From: an uncultured Alphaproteobacteria bacterium
GTDB lineage: Bacteria > Pseudomonadota > Alphaproteobacteria > Rhizobiales > Hyphomicrobiaceae
Length of the DNA stretch: 64,000 nucleotides
Assembly (NCBI GenBank): GCA_963716835.1
Contig: CAVQUQ010000013.1
Location: forward strand, 129,490-193,489
Direction: 5' to 3'
Below the pieces are notes generated by a model. It worked only from the letters and a program-made list of their open reading frames with translations, was not told the origin of the DNA and did not search any database. This document shows, in pieces, positions 60,217-64,000 of this stretch. Position 1 is the stretch's first letter; every line of letters begins with the position of its first letter. The position numbers and the translations under genes were made by a program.

Positions 60217-61156
60217 CGGTTTCCTTGGCTCTCGATTTCGGATTGGCGCTGCTGGTGCTCGGCGTGGCGGCATGGACGATCGCCGTGCACGACACGTTCG
60301 CCGCCGTCGTCGGTTTCGTCTCGTACGGCCTGCTTTTGGCGCTGGTGTGGGTGCGGCTATCGGCTGTCGACATTGCGCTGACGGAGGCCGCCATCGGCAG
60401 CGGCGTGACGGGCGTGCTGCTGCTTCGCGCTGCGAACCGGCTGCCACGTTCTCAAGTCGTCCCCAAGCATTCGGGCGTTGGGCTTCGCAGCTTGCCGGCG
60501 CTCCTTTGCGCGGCCGTTACGTTGGGACTTGCCGCGGTCGTTCTCTCGCTGCCCGAGCCCGCGCCGACGCTGGCGCCGCAGGCGGCGGCAAACCTGCCGG
60601 CCACCGGTCTCGGCAATCCGGTCACCGCCGTGCTCCTCGCCTACCGCGCGATCGACACGTTCCTCGAGAAGGTCGTCCTCGTGCTCGCTCTCGTCGGCGT
60701 GTGGTCGCTCGCGGCAGATCGCGATTGGGGTGCCGCGCCGGCTCCATGGCGAGCCCCGAAGCGTGACGACGTGCTGATTTTCCTGGCGCAAGTGCTGCCG
60801 CCGGTCGGTGTCGTCATCGCCGTCTATATTTTGTGGACCGGGGCCGATCATCCCGGCGGGGCGTTTCAGGCGAGCGCAATCCTCGCCGCCATGTGGATGC
60901 TGACCCTGATCGCCGGGCTGTCGTTCGTGCCGCGCCTCGACAACTCGCGCCTCAGGCTGACGCTGGTCGCCGGGGCGGCCGTATTCCTCGCGGTCGGGCT
61001 CGCGGGCTTCGCCGATCGCAGGAGGCTTCCTCGCCTATCCGGCGGGTTTATGCGAAGGCGCTGATCATCGCCATCGAGGTGGTGATGACGATCGCCGTTG
61101 CGGCGACCCTCGTGCTGCTGGTCGCCGGTCCTGCGGAACGGGGAGAGGAGCGATGA
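60213..61156 (+). CDS. mrpB: DUF4040-MrpB fused subunit, frameshifted near 61015-61050
   Basis: DIALTEAAIGSG, NPVTAVLLAYRAIDTFLE and GADHPGGAFQ. Confidence 0.82.
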
Positions 61157-61494
61157 CGAGCGCGACGCTGTTCGGGCTCTGCGGAGCGGCATTGGTGGGC
61201 ATGGGGCTCTACGGCCTCCTCGTGCATCGCGAGGTGCTGCGCAAGATCCTCGCCTTCAACCTGCTCGGCGGCGGCGTGTTCCTCCTCTTCGGCGTCGTGG
61301 CGCGGAGGGGCGCGGCGGCCGGCTTCGAGGCCGATCCCGTGCCGCAGGCGCTGGTGATCACGGGGATTGTCGTCGCCTTCGCCGCCACGGCGCTCGCGGT
61401 CGCACTGCTGCTGCGGCTCTACCAGGTTTCAGGCGAGACGACGTTACCCAACGCGCCCTCGGCGAATGTGGGCTCGGACGGAGCTGACCCGTAA
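61153..61494 (+). CDS. mrpC: Mrp/Mnh antiporter subunit C
   Basis: DPVPQALVITGIVV. Confidence 0.9.
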   Translation: MTSATLFGLCGAALVGMGLYGLLVHREVLRKILAFNLLGGGVFLLFGVVARRGAAAGFEADPVPQALVITGIVVAFAATALAVALLLRLYQVSGETTLPNAPSANVGSDGADP

Positions 61495-63028
61495 TGCTCG
61501 AAGCCGCAGCCCATCACGGTGCGACGCAGGGGCGAGACTATCTTCTCGTGCTGGCGATCGTCCTGCCCGTGGCCGGCGTCCTGCTTTCGGTTGCTCTCGG
61601 CGGGCATCATGCCGAGCGTATCGCCCTCATCCTCATGCCGGCCGGACTGATCGTCGCTGTCGCCATTCTCGCTGACGTTTGTCATTCAGGAGAGGCGCTG
61701 ACCTATGTCGTCGGCGGCTGGGCTCCGCCGCTCGGCGTGGCGCTGCGCGCCGACGGTATTGCGGCGGCGATGCTGGTCACGACGGCGCTCGTGATCGGCG
61801 CCGTGGGGCTTTTCGCGCGTGCCGACTTTCCAACGCCTGACGGCTACGCGGAGGCTCGGGCGCCGTTCGTCTTCTGGACCCTTCTGCTCGCGGTCTGGGC
61901 GGCGCTCAATGCCGTCTTTCTCGGCAACCGACCTGTTCAATCTCTATGTCGCTCTCGAGCTCCTGACCTTCGGCGCGGTGCCGCTCGTGTGCCTCGACGG
62001 CCGTGCCGAGACGCATCGCCGCCGCACTGCGCTACCTGCTCTTCGCGCTTGCAGGCTCGGTGCTCTATCTGCTCGGCGTTGCGCTCCTTTATGGAGCCTA
62101 TGGCACTCTGGATATCGGTCTCTTGTCGGCAAGAGTCCGCGCCGAGCCGGCAACATGGGCTGCGGCCGCGCTGATGACGGCAGGCTTGCTGGCCAAGACC
62201 GCGCTCTTCCCGCTGCACCTGTGGCTTCCGCCCGCGCATGCCGGTGCGCCGGCCGCGGCGAGCGCCGTGCTCTCGGCGCTCGTCGTCAAGGGCTCGTATT
62301 TCCTGATCGTCAGGATCTGGTTCGACGCCATGCCCGCTCTGCGCGGCGTCGCTGCAATGCAGGTCCTCGGCGCCATGGGCGCCGCGGCAATCGTGTTCGG
62401 CAGCGTGCTTGCGCTCGGCAGGCGCGGCTCAAGCTCTTGATCGCCTACTCGACGGTGGCGCAGATCGGCTATCTGTTTCTGATGTTTCCGCTGCTGACCG
62501 GCCCTGAGGTGGCGGAGCCCTGGAGCGGCGATGCCTGGACCGGCGGCTGGTTGCAGCTTTTCTCCCACGCCTTCGCCAAGGCGGCCATGTTCATGGCTGC
62601 GGGGCTGATCGCCGAAGCGCTCGGCCATGACCGGATTGCCGATCTCGGCGGTATCGGCCGCGCGCTGCCGATGACCGTGATCGCGTTCGGCATCGCAGGG
62701 CTCTCGCTGATGGGTGTGCCGCCGAGCGGCGGCTTCGTTGCGAAGTGGCTGATGCTGACGGCGGCGGCCATGGAAGGCCAGTGGTGGTGGGCGGTCGATT
62801 ATCTTGGCGGGCGGCCTGCTCGCCGGCGCCTATGTCATTCGCGTGCTGGCCCGGGCGATGGAGGACGCGAACGGCGTCGCGGCCCTTGCTCGATCCGTGC
62901 CGCGTAGCCGCGAGGCCGTGCCGCTGGCGCTCGCAATCTGTGCATTGCTGCTCGGCTTCGTACCTCTGGAGCCGGCCAAGCTCCTGCAGATCGGCCGCCC
63001 TGATGCATGGGGAGGTGCGCTGCCATGA
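61494..63028 (+). CDS. mrpD: Mrp antiporter subunit D (NuoL/M/N-like), several frameshifts
   Basis: GGWAPPLG, DLFNLYVALE, KTALFPLHLWLP, AYSTVAQIGY and HAFAKA across frames. Confidence 0.85.
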
Positions 63029-64000
63029 ACGGCGCCAACGCGCTTCTTGCGCTCGCGCTGGCCGTGCCGCTCGGGCTGCTGCTGGCGTGCGTATCACCGC
63101 GAGCGAGAGCGCGCATGCCCTCACTCTTGGCCTTGGCGCCGGTTCCGGCGCTCGTGGCCGCGGCGCTGGCCTCTGGCTCTCCGCCGCTCGTTCTGCCCGA
63201 TGCGCTGCTCGGCGCCACGCTCGCGCTCGATACCCCCGGCGCGATGCTCCTCGGAGCTGCAGCGCTGCTCTGGATTGCTGCCGGCGCCTATGCCGCCACA
63301 TGTATGCGTAGTGATGCCAATGCCGGGCAGCTTCGTCGTTTGGTGGCTGCTCGCGCTCATCGGCAACATCGGTGTCTTCATGGCCGCCGATATTGCGACC
63401 TTCTATCTGTTCTTCGCCATGGGCAGCTTGTCGGCCTATGGGCTGATCGTGCACGAGGGCACGTCGCGCGTGCGCAGGGCCGGCGTCGTGTACGTCGGTG
63501 TCGCGTTGCTGGGAGAGGCCTGCGTGCTGATGGGCCTCGTGCTGCTGGCTGCGGCCGCTCCATCCGACGACCTCCTCATCAGAGACGCCGTGGCCGCCCT
63601 TCCGGCGTCGCCGTGGCGAGACTTCACTCTCGTGCTGCTCATCGCCGGCTTTGGAATAAAGATCGGTCTCGTGCCGCTGCATTTCTGGATGCCGCTCGCC
63701 TATTCGGCGGCGCCTATCCCTGCCGCGGCCGTGCTCAGCGGCGCGGCGGTCAAAGCCGGCGTGATCGGCTTCATCCGGTTCATGCCGTTCGGGGCTGCGC
63801 TGCCAGATTGGGGTTCTGCGCTCGTCATTGCCGGCCTGATCTCGGCCTTCTATGGCGTTGCGATCGGAATCACGCAATCCAATCCGAAAACGATCCTGGC
63901 CTATTCGAGCGTGAGCCAGATGGGGCTGATCGCGGCCGTGCTCGGCATGGGCCTCGCCAGCGGTGACGGGGGTACGTCATCGGCAGCGGCCTTCTATGCG
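63025..64000 (+). CDS. Second MrpD/MrpA-like proton-conducting subunit, partial and frameshifted near 63330
   Basis: GFGIKIGLVPLHFWMP, AVLSG..VKAG and ILAYSSVSQMG; runs off the right edge. Confidence 0.82.

Overview
High-GC (about 65%) alphaproteobacterial chromosomal window. Gene content and small secreted proteins suggest Rhizobiales/Hyphomicrobiaceae, but that is an inference. No CRISPR, rRNA, tRNA, transposase or phage genes were seen. In order: partial hrpB; a TetR-regulated RND pump with four 19-bp operators; cytochrome c; gcdH with a CoA-transferase; an FGGY kinase/flavoprotein operon with a divergent APC permease; a large block carrying FNR/FixK-type boxes (CBS, GNAT, scpB-ppk2, DUF3141-hyp-pta-ackA-fabI-CoA transferase A/B-bdh, YibI/YibH-like pair); LecA-like, SulP and VIT genes; a PstS-OmpA module; orphan higA; a 2OG oxygenase; a patatin-adc-bdh operon; a heavily frameshifted Mdt-like pump; a Cache histidine kinase/LuxR system surrounded by small secreted proteins; then hdeD-patatin-GntP and an Mrp antiporter operon running off the end. 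The best candidate undescribed systems are (i) a putatively low-oxygen-induced PHB/polyphosphate mobilisation and acid/acetone fermentation island, and (ii) a putative two-component regulon of small secreted proteins marked by 7-4-7 palindromes. The neighbourhood of (ii) includes a tachyplesin-like, three-disulfide, Arg/Trp-rich beta-hairpin peptide precursor. Many genes carry single-base frameshifts, most likely uncorrected long-read indels. Start codons were adjusted by eye and are approximate.
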